Below are positions 28,756 through 37,903 of a stretch of DNA of 63,618 nt, piece after piece. The first letter of the stretch is position 1. Each line of letters begins with the position of its first letter. Both the position numbers and the translations under genes were made by a program. This DNA comes from a virus (lineage: Duplodnaviria; Caudoviricetes), in IMG/VR virus record IMGVR_UViG_3300045116_000460, positions 1 to 63,618 of that record; one strand, written 5' to 3'. The notes under the pieces were generated by a model. The model searched no databases and was not told the origin of the DNA. It saw nothing but the letters and a program-made list of their open reading frames with translations.

Positions 28756-30610
28756 GCAAATCATGGCCCATAACTTTGTTACTTATGAATCATTAAACCT
28801 ACAATTCCCAGAGAAAGGAATTATCGGGATAGAAGGCAGGAATCTTGATAAACCAGTTTTAGACACAAACGCTTGCGGAAAAACGCTGATTTTAGATATG
28901 ATATCGTATGCTCTATATGGCGAAGTGTTACGGAAAAAAGCTGCCAATGTAATAGGTCCTTTTGATGATAAAATGGTTCTATCAGTGGCATTTTTGATGG
29001 ATGGTCCTAGTAGAACAATAATCATAAAGCGAGAACGTAAAGGAGCAAATGAATTAGTAAAGATTAAAATAGATGGTAAAGTCTATAATGGAAAACAGCG
29101 GAAAATGCAACCCATTATTGACAGACTTGTTGGAATTGAATGGTTGACATTTCAGAACTGTATCTTGTATGGAAATTCATTGGATAGCAATTTTATGTAT
29201 GTAGGACACAGCAAGAGAATTGAAATTTTAGCTCAAATTGCTGGAATATTGCATCTCAGAGAAGCCAGGAAATTAATTAATCCAGATCTCAAAGAGGCCG
29301 AAAAAGAGGTTGAACATAGCAAAGGCAAGCTTGAAACAATACGCGAAGCTAGAGTTAGAACTAAACGATCCTTAAATGAATCGCAACAAAGACTTAAAAA
29401 CATAGAGACCGAACAAGAAGATGCGAAAAAATTGCTTGCCAAATCATTGGTCAAAATTAAAAATGATTATGATAGCATAGATTCTAAAACTCTTGAAAAA
29501 GAAATCGTTGCAAATACTGAATTGATAAATAATATCAAAAAACAATCATTAATACATGAAAAAGAAAAAAACGAGATACTTTCTACTGACCCCAAAAAAC
29601 AATTAGAGAATGCCATAAAAGAAAAGGCTCAAATAGAAACTTTGCAAAAAAAGAGAGTAGGCGAAATAGAAAAATTAAAAAAATCCGGTGAGTGTCCGCT
29701 ATGCCTATCGAAAGTTAACGAGTTAATGGTGAATCAGTTATCAGACCAAATACCTAAACTCAATGGAAAAATAATTCATAATGAAACAACAGCAAGAAAA
29801 TTAATTGATAGGGTAGAAGAACTTGATAAATTAATTTCAAAATCAAAAGATACAATAAAGCGTTTAATTGATGAGATTGCTGAAAAACAACTTCAAATAA
29901 AAAATAAATCTATCCTCATTTCGCAAATCGATTCAATTGAGAATCAACAAAAGGCTCAGAAAAATATTGTAGCAGAATCAGAACTAAGGTTGGAGCATAC
30001 TCAACAAGAGTACGATGAAATATCGGATCAACTTCTTAAAGAGTTTTTTGGTAATAAAAGTAAACGGATCAATCGAGATGTACTTCAATATTGGAATGAG
30101 AAATTCAGCCCACGAGGGGCAGAAGCTGAATTAATCATAGATCTTGTAGGGAAATTGCAAGCATACGCCAATAATTATATTCACAAATTAACTGATGGCA
30201 GCATTTCAATTTATATCACGCCGCATCGAGAAAGTAAATCAGGAGCAGTAAAACAAGAATTATCAATCAACATAATAGAAAATGGAGAGGAAAAAGATTT
30301 TGATTTATACAGTGGTGGGCAAATAAATAGGATTGAAAAAGCCATAAGACTAGGATTAATGAAAATCTTAACGAGTGATGTTGGATTCAAACTATTCGAT
30401 GAAATAGGAAAGGACTTATCGACTAAAGGATATGAAGAGGCCATTAAACTAATGAGAGAAATTTTTTATGAACAACAGATCTTTCTTGTAACAAATGATC
30501 GTGAAAGTAAGAAATTGTTTGATCACCATATAAGAGTTACACTTAGTGGTGGAAAATCTAAAATAGATCACTCTTGGGAAACTAAAAATGAAGAAAAAGA
30601 AATCACTTAA
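28745..30610 (+). CDS. Rad50/SbcC-like SMC ATPase (gp46-like)
   Basis: NACGKT, coiled coils, CPLC zinc hook, YSGGQ, LFDE. Confidence 0.92.
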   Translation: MIIKQIMAHNFVTYESLNLQFPEKGIIGIEGRNLDKPVLDTNACGKTLILDMISYALYGEVLRKKAANVIGPFDDKMVLSVAFLMDGPSRTIIIKRERKGANELVKIKIDGKVYNGKQRKMQPIIDRLVGIEWLTFQNCILYGNSLDSNFMYVGHSKRIEILAQIAGILHLREARKLINPDLKEAEKEVEHSKGKLETIREARVRTKRSLNESQQRLKNIETEQEDAKKLLAKSLVKIKNDYDSIDSKTLEKEIVANTELINNIKKQSLIHEKEKNEILSTDPKKQLENAIKEKAQIETLQKKRVGEIEKLKKSGECPLCLSKVNELMVNQLSDQIPKLNGKIIHNETTARKLIDRVEELDKLISKSKDTIKRLIDEIAEKQLQIKNKSILISQIDSIENQQKAQKNIVAESELRLEHTQQEYDEISDQLLKEFFGNKSKRINRDVLQYWNEKFSPRGAEAELIIDLVGKLQAYANNYIHKLTDGSISIYITPHRESKSGAVKQELSINIIENGEEKDFDLYSGGQINRIEKAIRLGLMKILTSDVGFKLFDEIGKDLSTKGYEEAIKLMREIFYEQQIFLVTNDRESKKLFDHHIRVTLSGGKSKIDHSWETKNEEKEIT

Positions 30611-31307
30611 CAAAGAAGAACGAGTAAATAGATTATTTGATAACATCAACAGTTTATCAAAAACTATAAAAAGTACAAAAAATATTGTAATGGGCATAGA
30701 CCCTGGTAGAACAAGCCCAGGTTTAGCGTTTGCAACTATAAATGATGATAAAAATATAGAAAAATTTACTATAAATACCAAACTAAACGGATTCGGTAAA
30801 GTCATAGAAGTAGAATCATGGATGATGAATCACGTCTCGACATATCCACCCGCAATCGTTTTAATGGAAGATTATGCGTTTGATTCAGAATGGGGAAGAG
30901 AAAAAGCAGGCGAAATGGTTGGAGTAATTAAAAGGCGTTTATGGCTTCAAGAAATCCCTTTAATTTCTGTTGCTCCTCAATCACTAAAAGCATTTATAGG
31001 AGCAATGAAAAAAGAAGAAATAATGAAGGAAGTTCTTAAACGATATGGTATAGATACTTCAAAATCAGATGAGGCAGATGCAGTTGTTCTTGCGAAGATG
31101 GGAATTGGGATCAATAAAATAATACAATGTGGCATGACACTTGCAAACCAGGATGATAAGAAAGTATTTGAAAATGCTGCTTATAAATTTATTAATCTAA
31201 CTCATAATGAGGCCAAAACTCTAATCAATATATTAATCATGAGAGGGGAAGAGGCTAATGAATTCGCCAGGGGCAAAGAAAAAGCTAGGAAGACCAAAGG
31301 GAAGTAA
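30588..31307 (+). CDS. RuvC-like Holliday junction resolvase
   Basis: MGIDPG, LMEDY, P..LK, DEADAVVLA. Confidence 0.85.
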   Translation: MKKKKSLNKEERVNRLFDNINSLSKTIKSTKNIVMGIDPGRTSPGLAFATINDDKNIEKFTINTKLNGFGKVIEVESWMMNHVSTYPPAIVLMEDYAFDSEWGREKAGEMVGVIKRRLWLQEIPLISVAPQSLKAFIGAMKKEEIMKEVLKRYGIDTSKSDEADAVVLAKMGIGINKIIQCGMTLANQDDKKVFENAAYKFINLTHNEAKTLINILIMRGEEANEFARGKEKARKTKGK

Positions 31308-31899
31308 AAATAAACCCAAAAATGATGAAGAAGAAAACAATGGAAATGATGACCAAAACATATGTCCAGATTTAGAAACAATACTAGATAGTAATGATAA
31401 TAAAGATAATACAATACAGTGGCAGAATGCAGCAAAAAAATCTGAGCAAACCATGAGAATGGCCCTTGCAGGATTTAAAAAACTTAGAGAAATGTTGAAT
31501 GTTGCGATTATGGCGGCTGAACGGGCAAATACACCAGCCCAATGGTTTGATGCTATGACTGCAACGAAATCGATACCGCAATTGATTTTTTGTGATGATA
31601 AAACAGGATGGATGGATATAGGATATTGTAATTTTAATTGTAATAACAAATGCTACAAATTTAATTCAAAACGATGGATTTGCACTATTCTACATTGCAC
31701 TCGTGAAAAAATTACTGCATGTGATGACAAAGATGATGTATGCCAAGCAGCAAATATTCTTCGAGGATTTGCTGATCGATATTTTATAATACATAATATT
31801 TTGATTAACGAGGGAAAAATTGGAAATTATAACAAATTATCAGATACTTTTAATTCAATGTCTAAAAGAAGAAATAAAAGCATATCTGACAATTCCTAA
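31258..31899 (+). CDS. hypothetical protein with N-terminal AT-hook-like motif and Cys cluster
   Basis: KKKLGRPKGSKNKPK; CNFNCNNKC. Confidence 0.7.
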   Translation: MNSPGAKKKLGRPKGSKNKPKNDEEENNGNDDQNICPDLETILDSNDNKDNTIQWQNAAKKSEQTMRMALAGFKKLREMLNVAIMAAERANTPAQWFDAMTATKSIPQLIFCDDKTGWMDIGYCNFNCNNKCYKFNSKRWICTILHCTREKITACDDKDDVCQAANILRGFADRYFIIHNILINEGKIGNYNKLSDTFNSMSKRRNKSISDNS

Positions 31900-32137
31900 A
31901 ACGCCCGAACAAAAGAAACTCAAGGAGATGGCAAGGTCATGGATTTTTGATGACAACTACCATTTTGATAATGAATTTTCTTGCATACGTATTTGTAATA
32001 CTCTTGGTAAAAATATAAAAGCACTAAGATTAAATGTTCTATTTGCAGAACAAAAAGGATGGACGCTTGATGACTTGATGAAATTTAGTTTTACGGGAAA
32101 GGACCCAAAGGTGAAAGAAAATGGCCAAGACAGATAA
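31820..32137 (+). CDS. hypothetical protein
   Basis: GAGGG RBS before TTG; ARSWIF...FSC..IC..LG pattern. Confidence 0.6.
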   Translation: MEIITNYQILLIQCLKEEIKAYLTIPKTPEQKKLKEMARSWIFDDNYHFDNEFSCIRICNTLGKNIKALRLNVLFAEQKGWTLDDLMKFSFTGKDPKVKENGQDR

Positions 32138-32456
32138 GGTCAAATTAAGACAAGCAATAAAAAATCAAAAAGAAAGCCGAAACACTAGCATATCATTTGA
32201 TAATAAATATCGACTGATTAGATCAAAAAACGGAAAGATTCGGGATATACTTTTTCTTTTTGGATCTTGGGTGGGGCATCGATTATCTGACATCATGCAA
32301 GATCCACAAGGGCAGAATTATATATTTAATTATATTTTGAATCCAGAAAATAATTTTCCCACCGATTTCAAAAGAGCAGTTTTTGATATCGCAAAAAGTT
32401 TGGAAGCTGAAGACGATCATATTTCTTCAAAAGAAGAAAACGATATTCCTTATTAA
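32121..32456 (+). CDS. hypothetical protein (DUF3820-like FG..G..L.DI motif)
   Basis: FGSWVGHRLSDIMQD; DIPY C-terminus. Confidence 0.55.
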   Translation: MAKTDKVKLRQAIKNQKESRNTSISFDNKYRLIRSKNGKIRDILFLFGSWVGHRLSDIMQDPQGQNYIFNYILNPENNFPTDFKRAVFDIAKSLEAEDDHISSKEENDIPY

Positions 32457-32480
32457 CATGCTTAATAATTGGGTTAGATT

Positions 32481-32999
32481 ATGTATTTCTTTACATCAGA
32501 TGAACATTATAATCATAAAAATATAATTAAATATACCAATAGGCCATTCAAAACTATTGAAGAAATGAATGGCACACTTATTGCAAACCATAATGAAGTC
32601 GTCAAAGATGAAGATTTCGTTATTCATGCTGGTGATTTTGCTTTTGGGGATGCTGAGCAAATAATCGATCAACTAAAAGGATATCATATTTTCTTACGAG
32701 GAAGCCACGATAAATGGTTATCAAACATAGCACCCTATATATGGGAAAGAAAAATTCAAGACGAATATGTTGTCGTTTGCCATTATGCCATGAGAGTTTG
32801 GCCTAGATCACATTATAATAGTTGGCAATGTTTTGGACATAGCCATGGTAAATTAGAACCAATTGGAAAACAATGGGATATCGGAGTAGACAATAATAAT
32901 TTTTATCCTATCAGTTTTACGCAATTAAAAAAAATAATGGAAGAAAGACCAAATAATCCCAACCTAGTTTTGAAACTCATTACGGAGAAAGTGAAATGA
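32481..32999 (+). CDS. calcineurin-like metallophosphoesterase
   Basis: SDEH, GDF, RGSHD, HY, GHSH, DIGVD. Confidence 0.88.
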   Translation: MYFFTSDEHYNHKNIIKYTNRPFKTIEEMNGTLIANHNEVVKDEDFVIHAGDFAFGDAEQIIDQLKGYHIFLRGSHDKWLSNIAPYIWERKIQDEYVVVCHYAMRVWPRSHYNSWQCFGHSHGKLEPIGKQWDIGVDNNNFYPISFTQLKKIMEERPNNPNLVLKLITEKVK

Positions 33000-33292
33000 G
33001 CGAACTAGGCAAATTCCTAAAGTCCAGGAAGATGTGCGCCACGGATACGGCGCAATTTGCATACTTGAAGCGATTAACCGATGAGCTTGACTGCCTCAAG
33101 AAGACGAGCAGTACGGCGATTTTCCAGCAGGCCGTCTTTGCTTTCTGTCAGGCAGTTTCAGCGTTAGCTAGGATAGAAGCAATGAAGACAGAAAACCGTG
33201 CATGCGTCGCAAAAGGTTATGCGGAGTCGTATGACTCTGAGGCGTTTTTTGAGGTTTCTGCCTTAGTGCTGAAGGGGGTGAAACATGAGTAA
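32996..33292 (+). CDS. hypothetical protein (C-terminus paralogous to 35960-36184)
   Basis: FQQAV..F.QA..ALA..EAM..EN.AC..KG....Y...AFF shared. Confidence 0.7.
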   Translation: MSELGKFLKSRKMCATDTAQFAYLKRLTDELDCLKKTSSTAIFQQAVFAFCQAVSALARIEAMKTENRACVAKGYAESYDSEAFFEVSALVLKGVKHE

Positions 33293-33530
33293 CGCTTTAC
33301 TTATTTACCTCCAGTATCAGATACATCAAAGCAAAGATGCAACACACGCTAAACACCTTGAAGAGCTACTAAGGTCCGTCGAAAAAGTACTGATGGAATT
33401 GACTGAAGTAAAAGCAGAGAACACTAAATTGCACAGGATATTCCATACTATGCAAGCAGCTTATCAATACGTATACCCAGAACCAAAGGCGTCGAAGCAA
33501 AACAGGAGAGAAAAGAAGGGGAAAAAGTGA
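33285..33530 (+). CDS. hypothetical protein
   Basis: GGGG RBS; ELTEVKA coiled coil. Confidence 0.6.
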   Translation: MSNALLIYLQYQIHQSKDATHAKHLEELLRSVEKVLMELTEVKAENTKLHRIFHTMQAAYQYVYPEPKASKQNRREKKGKK

Positions 33531-33531
33531 A

Positions 33532-34173
33532 ATGAGCGATCCAATACTTGCCTATCTGGTGGCGAAGGGATGCCGCAGTTATTGTAGCAGTATACAAAGC
33601 GGTGAGTTCTGTGATTGTGGAAGAGAAGACGCTCTCGCTCTCTATCAATCCATCTCGGTTCGGTTGAGGAAGGCAGAGGAAGAATTGGCCCAGGAACGTC
33701 AAGAAGCGGCTTTATTGCAGAAGGAACTGTCGCGCAAATGTGGATGCTTCTTCAATGCCGAGGGGGATTGTATTAGCCGTTGTGCATACCATAAGCGGAT
33801 TGAGGTCAAAATAAGTTCGAGCATACAACTCCAGGAGGAACTGACTGAGGTGAAGGCTGCGCGTGACAGCTACAAAGCTGACGCTGAATACCTGCGAAAG
33901 TGGCGACAGATCAAAGGACGCAATCCCGGAATTCCATGCGCCTGTGAGTTTGGGCAGGACGGGGAGACACCGATAGTGTGGTGTTCGGTTCATGCTAAGA
34001 TGAGAGATGCGTTGAAGTTCTACGCAGAACAGGTGCCGAAGATGCGTATGTTCTACAATCCACCGACAGCATTCCATCATTCCAGTGATGAGAGTTTTGA
34101 TGCACACATAGAACTGGAAAGGGACAAGGGCAAGCGGGCCAGAGATGCTTTGGCCTTGGAAGGGAGGGATTAA
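33532..34173 (+). CDS. hypothetical Cys/coiled-coil protein
   Basis: Two C.C.F...G.....C..H motifs; ALKFYA...GKRARDAL phage motif. Confidence 0.7.
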   Translation: MSDPILAYLVAKGCRSYCSSIQSGEFCDCGREDALALYQSISVRLRKAEEELAQERQEAALLQKELSRKCGCFFNAEGDCISRCAYHKRIEVKISSSIQLQEELTEVKAARDSYKADAEYLRKWRQIKGRNPGIPCACEFGQDGETPIVWCSVHAKMRDALKFYAEQVPKMRMFYNPPTAFHHSSDESFDAHIELERDKGKRARDALALEGRD

Positions 34174-34177
34174 GACG

Positions 34178-34354
34178 ATGAACACCCCTGAACCTTGTTG
34201 CAGATGCAAATGGCTGTACGTCAATTGTTTATACAAGAACGATCCATCTTATCAAGCCGAATGCACAAAGGGCCACTCACTTGGGCCTTGTGAAAGTTTC
34301 AAGTTGTACGATGGAAAATCCCCCTTTTTGGATACCTGCAAAGGGAGGGAGTAA
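34178..34354 (+). CDS. small Cys-rich protein
   Basis: GGAGG RBS; CCRC...C...C...C. Confidence 0.6.
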   Translation: MNTPEPCCRCKWLYVNCLYKNDPSYQAECTKGHSLGPCESFKLYDGKSPFLDTCKGRE

Positions 34355-34358
34355 GACA

Positions 34359-34550
34359 ATGCCTAGAATCAAAATTTCGCTTAACGTTAATTTGATTTTG
34401 CTGTGCAGTAAGTGTGGAAATTTACTACCCGGCACGGTAAGCGAAAGCAGATCTGGTGGCCCTCCTTATTGGATATCAGTTGATATGTGCCAAGAATGCT
34501 TAACTATTGCCAAAAAAGAAGGATACGCAGAAGGAGTTTATGATGCCTGA
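34359..34550 (+). CDS. small zinc-ribbon protein
   Basis: GGAGG RBS; CSKCG...CQEC...EGY.EG. Confidence 0.65.
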   Translation: MPRIKISLNVNLILLCSKCGNLLPGTVSESRSGGPPYWISVDMCQECLTIAKKEGYAEGVYDA

Positions 34551-34740
34551 AGTCACAGTTGATCTGGACGTTTATTGCGGGACGTGTGGCACACCACTAT
34601 GCCATCAAACAAACAGCGCCAAGATCAGAGGACGATGCAGTATTTATGTCGCTGTTTGTGGGGAATGCGTGGATGCGGCGAAAGACAGAGGGTACACAGA
34701 AGGATACAATAAGGGTTGCCTAGACAGTCAGGAGGCATGA
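34540..34740 (+). CDS. small zinc-ribbon protein (paralog of previous)
   Basis: AAGGAG RBS; CGTCG...CGEC...GY.EGY. Confidence 0.65.
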   Translation: MMPEVTVDLDVYCGTCGTPLCHQTNSAKIRGRCSIYVAVCGECVDAAKDRGYTEGYNKGCLDSQEA

Positions 34741-34743
34741 GCC

Positions 34744-35223
34744 ATGATTGACTATTCCAAACCGATCTTATGTCTGGACTTCGACGGTGTCATTCATAGT
34801 TACACAAGCGGTTGGAAGGGGGCCAGAAACATTCCAGACATGCCCGTCGCAGGAGCCCTGGAATTTCTGTGCAAAGCAACAGACGAGTTTGACGTTCACA
34901 TCTTTTCAAGCAGGTCCCGGTACTTTGGCGGAAGGAGGGCAATGAAGAGGTGGTTGAGAGATAGGTACACTGAACTAGCTTTTGGGCCAACAGAAATACC
35001 CGCTTGGTTATTGTCTTATATCGGAAGAACAGCATTCGCTGATCCTTGGGATTATGAAGTTGGGTGGGCAGTGAAGAAACTGATTAGCAAGATCAAATTT
35101 CCACTCGAAAAACCCGCCGCACTGGTTACGATAGATGATAGGGCCATTTGTTTCGATGGAACATTCCCATCGTTTAACACAATCAAGGCTTTCAGGCCAT
35201 GGAACAGGAGAAGCCAGCCATGA
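34744..35223 (+). CDS. HAD-superfamily phosphatase/nucleotidase
   Basis: CLDFDGVIH, IFSSR, KP...TIDDRA. Confidence 0.85.
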   Translation: MIDYSKPILCLDFDGVIHSYTSGWKGARNIPDMPVAGALEFLCKATDEFDVHIFSSRSRYFGGRRAMKRWLRDRYTELAFGPTEIPAWLLSYIGRTAFADPWDYEVGWAVKKLISKIKFPLEKPAALVTIDDRAICFDGTFPSFNTIKAFRPWNRRSQP

Positions 35224-35621
35224 CTAACTATTCAAAACTCACTGATGCGGAATTGAACGAAAAGGCGGCTAGTCTTTGCGGGTGGAAAGACGATCCAGCA
35301 TGCGAGGGCAAGCCCTTTGAGTTTATGTTAGGTCCAGATGGAAAGCCTGGATTTAGACCTGACTACTGCAAGCTGGAGAACCTTGGGTTGTGTGTGAGAG
35401 ACTTTCTACCTGTGCTTAAAGAGAAAATATGGCACAGGGGCAAAGACGCCTTCGACGTTGTGTTGCATGTCGGACATGATTGGCACAGAATTACTGTTAC
35501 CGATGCAAAATGTAACACATCATATGGGGATTTCAGTAAAAACCTAGCACGAATATCTACTGAGTTATTCTGCAAGGCGATGGAGGGCGATGATGACCGA
35601 CTATTCCAAACTTACCGATGA
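35220..35621 (+). CDS. phage protein (paralog of 35590-35958)
   Basis: MTNYSKLTD.ELN..AA..CGW...PDYCKLE.LG.C.RDFLPVL...LAR..TELFCKAME. Confidence 0.75.
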   Translation: MTNYSKLTDAELNEKAASLCGWKDDPACEGKPFEFMLGPDGKPGFRPDYCKLENLGLCVRDFLPVLKEKIWHRGKDAFDVVLHVGHDWHRITVTDAKCNTSYGDFSKNLARISTELFCKAMEGDDDRLFQTYR

Positions 35622-35958
35622 TCAGTTGAACACGCTCGCTGCGAAGCATTGTGGGTGGACTGACATCGAATTTGAACAAGAATTTATAGAGGGATGGTTC
35701 GGGATACCTCCTAATGCGTCTGAGTCGAGACTCATTCCAGACTATTGCAAACTGGAAAGGCTCGGAAGGTGTATAAGGGACTTTCTCCCTGTCTTGGAAA
35801 AGAAAAAATGGTGCAAAGTGTTGTTTGATATTGGACACGACAATTATTGCAGGGTCATTATCGTCCACGTAAAGGACGAGATAGTACACGGTGACCTCAA
35901 TGATAACCTTGCACGAACCTTCACGGAGCTATTTTGCAAGGCAATGGAGGAGGAATAA
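35590..35958 (+). CDS. phage protein (paralog of 35220-35621)
   Basis: Same motif set, GGAGG RBS. Confidence 0.75.
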   Translation: MMTDYSKLTDDQLNTLAAKHCGWTDIEFEQEFIEGWFGIPPNASESRLIPDYCKLERLGRCIRDFLPVLEKKKWCKVLFDIGHDNYCRVIIVHVKDEIVHGDLNDNLARTFTELFCKAMEEE

Positions 35959-35959
35959 T

Positions 35960-36184
35960 ATGGAAGACAAAAGTGTGCGTGCTTTTCAACAGGCCGTGCT
36001 TGTGTTCAGCCAAGCCATTGCAGCACTGGCTGAAATGGAGGCCATGGAAGCTGAAAACAATGCTTGCCGGGACAAGGGTTGCGCGGGCGCGTACGGTGCC
36101 GCTGCCTTCTTTGCGGTTCCTGAGAGATTCGGGCTTGACCGGAACAGTGTACTGAAAACATTGAGGTCAATGGAGAGGGAATAA
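35960..36184 (+). CDS. hypothetical protein
   Basis: GGAGG RBS; homologous to C-terminus of 32996-33292. Confidence 0.7.
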   Translation: MEDKSVRAFQQAVLVFSQAIAALAEMEAMEAENNACRDKGCAGAYGAAAFFAVPERFGLDRNSVLKTLRSMERE

Positions 36185-36185
36185 A

Positions 36186-36491
36186 GTGCCTAAGTTCCGG
36201 ATGACCAAAGCGGAGGCCCAACTGATAGTAGACGCAATAGTGGTATGGGAAAACGGACAGAATGAGGAAGGAATAGAAGCTGGTTGTATTGACGCATGTC
36301 CTCTATGCAGCAAGTATTTTTATAGTATGTGCGCCGAATGCCCAGTTGCTAGGTACACAGGAGAACTTAATTGTAATGGAACCCCTCATCCATTTCAGTT
36401 CGGGAGGGACGAGGACATCCGCATGATACAGATAATTGCTTTTGGTCTCAAGATGCTTGACGATGCTGGATATGAGATTGTGGAGGAATAA
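36186..36491 (+). CDS. Cys-rich phage protein
   Basis: CPLC...C..CPV...TG...C.GTP. Confidence 0.7.
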   Translation: MPKFRMTKAEAQLIVDAIVVWENGQNEEGIEAGCIDACPLCSKYFYSMCAECPVARYTGELNCNGTPHPFQFGRDEDIRMIQIIAFGLKMLDDAGYEIVEE

Positions 36492-36492
36492 C

Positions 36493-36927
36493 ATGCCGAT
36501 TTATATGGACTTCAGAATGCCCTGTAGTTGTCCTTGCTATTACCTCCAGCGTGCCAAGGTTCCGCATAAGTGTCCCGTCTGTGACGGAACCGGACTCGTG
36601 AGTAAGCCACCTGGCATTGCAGGGGATCAACCTACTTGGTCGCGTAACGATGCGAGTCCGTATCCCTGCAAAGCCTGTGACGGCACTGGAATATTGAGGA
36701 ATAACATGTCGATTTGTATTGACTTTAGAGTCCATCGTGATTGCCCTCTATATCATTATACATATAGGAAGGATGCCAAAACTCCCCACAAGTGCCCAGT
36801 ATGTGATGGAACTGGTCTTGTCAGCAAGCCACCTGGCATTGCAGGAGATCAGCCTACTTGGTCGAGTAACGATGCGAGTCCGTATCCCTGCAAAGCCTGT
36901 GACGGCACTGGAATATTGTGGGGCTAA
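36493..36927 (+). CDS. tandem-duplicated DnaJ-type zinc-finger protein
   Basis: Two copies of HKCPVCDGTGLVSKPPGIAGDQPTWS.NDASPYPCKACDGTGIL. Confidence 0.8.
   Translation: MPIYMDFRMPCSCPCYYLQRAKVPHKCPVCDGTGLVSKPPGIAGDQPTWSRNDASPYPCKACDGTGILRNNMSICIDFRVHRDCPLYHYTYRKDAKTPHKCPVCDGTGLVSKPPGIAGDQPTWSSNDASPYPCKACDGTGILWG
36604..36918 (+). repeat. 93-bp direct repeat (36604-36696 and 36826-36918)
   Basis: 3 mismatches by manual alignment. Confidence 0.9.
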
Positions 36928-36928
36928 C

Positions 36929-37903
36929 GTGACCCCGTGGTTTCAGGAAGGCTGCATCACGATCTACAACGCAGATGTCATGGACGCCCTGCGCGGCATC
37001 GAGAGCGAATCCATCCAGTGTGTAGTGACTAGCCCGCCCTACTGGGGCCTACGTGATTACGGCGTTGATGGGCAGATCGGTCTAGAGGCGACGCCAGATA
37101 AGTATGTCACAACGATGGTTACCGTTTTTCACGAGGTATGGAGGGTGCTCAAGGATGACGGGACGCTCTGGCTCAACATGGGGGACTGCTACGCAACGAG
37201 GGTTGGTAAGGGTGGTATGCATAACAAAAACAACGCCGGAAAACAGGCATATCGGATAATCGACGGAGGATTCATCCAACCGAACAGGTTGCCCATTCCC
37301 GGTTTCAAGCCGAAAGACCTTGTGGGTATGCCTTGGCGCATGGCCTTCGCCCTGCAAGCCGATGGGTGGTATCTGCGATCCGACATCATTTGGGCAAAGC
37401 CGAATCCCATGCCCGAGAGTGTTAAAGACCGGCCGACCAAGGCGCACGAGTATCTGTTCCTGCTGACGAAGCAGGAGAGGTATTTCTACGACCAGGAGGC
37501 CATCATGGAACCCGGTGTCGCCCGTAATCATCATGATGCAACAGGACTAGGCTATTGCGCTCCTGGGCAGACGCCACAGCGCGGGAATCGAATGGCAAAG
37601 AAGGAGCAATGTTCCGGGATGAGGAATGTCCGCTCCGTTTGGACAATCGCACCGCAAGCGTTTTCAGGGGCACATTTTGCCACCTTTCCAGAGGCCCTTG
37701 TGGTGCCATGCGTGAAGGCCGGCAGCCGAGAGGGGGACACGGTGCTCGACCCGTTTGCCGGATCAGGAACAGTCGGCCTTGTGGCCATGAAATTGGGCAG
37801 GAAGGCCATCCTGATAGATCTAAATGAAGCGTATTGCAAGCTCATGATAGAACGTATCGGCCAGCCCAATTTGCTGTGCACCACGGAGAAAAACAAGCCG
37901 TGA
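36929..37903 (+). CDS. beta-class amino DNA methyltransferase (likely N4-cytosine)
   Basis: VTSPPY (motif IV) before DPFAGSGT (motif I); W.KPNPMPES; HFATFP; GTG start after upstream stop. Confidence 0.9.
   Translation: MTPWFQEGCITIYNADVMDALRGIESESIQCVVTSPPYWGLRDYGVDGQIGLEATPDKYVTTMVTVFHEVWRVLKDDGTLWLNMGDCYATRVGKGGMHNKNNAGKQAYRIIDGGFIQPNRLPIPGFKPKDLVGMPWRMAFALQADGWYLRSDIIWAKPNPMPESVKDRPTKAHEYLFLLTKQERYFYDQEAIMEPGVARNHHDATGLGYCAPGQTPQRGNRMAKKEQCSGMRNVRSVWTIAPQAFSGAHFATFPEALVVPCVKAGSREGDTVLDPFAGSGTVGLVAMKLGRKAILIDLNEAYCKLMIERIGQPNLLCTTEKNKP

Noticed and set aside
36604-36918. Diversity-generating retroelement TR/VR pair
   Set aside because: Only 3 mismatches, not strictly adenine-specific; both copies are in-frame coding; no reverse transcriptase in the window
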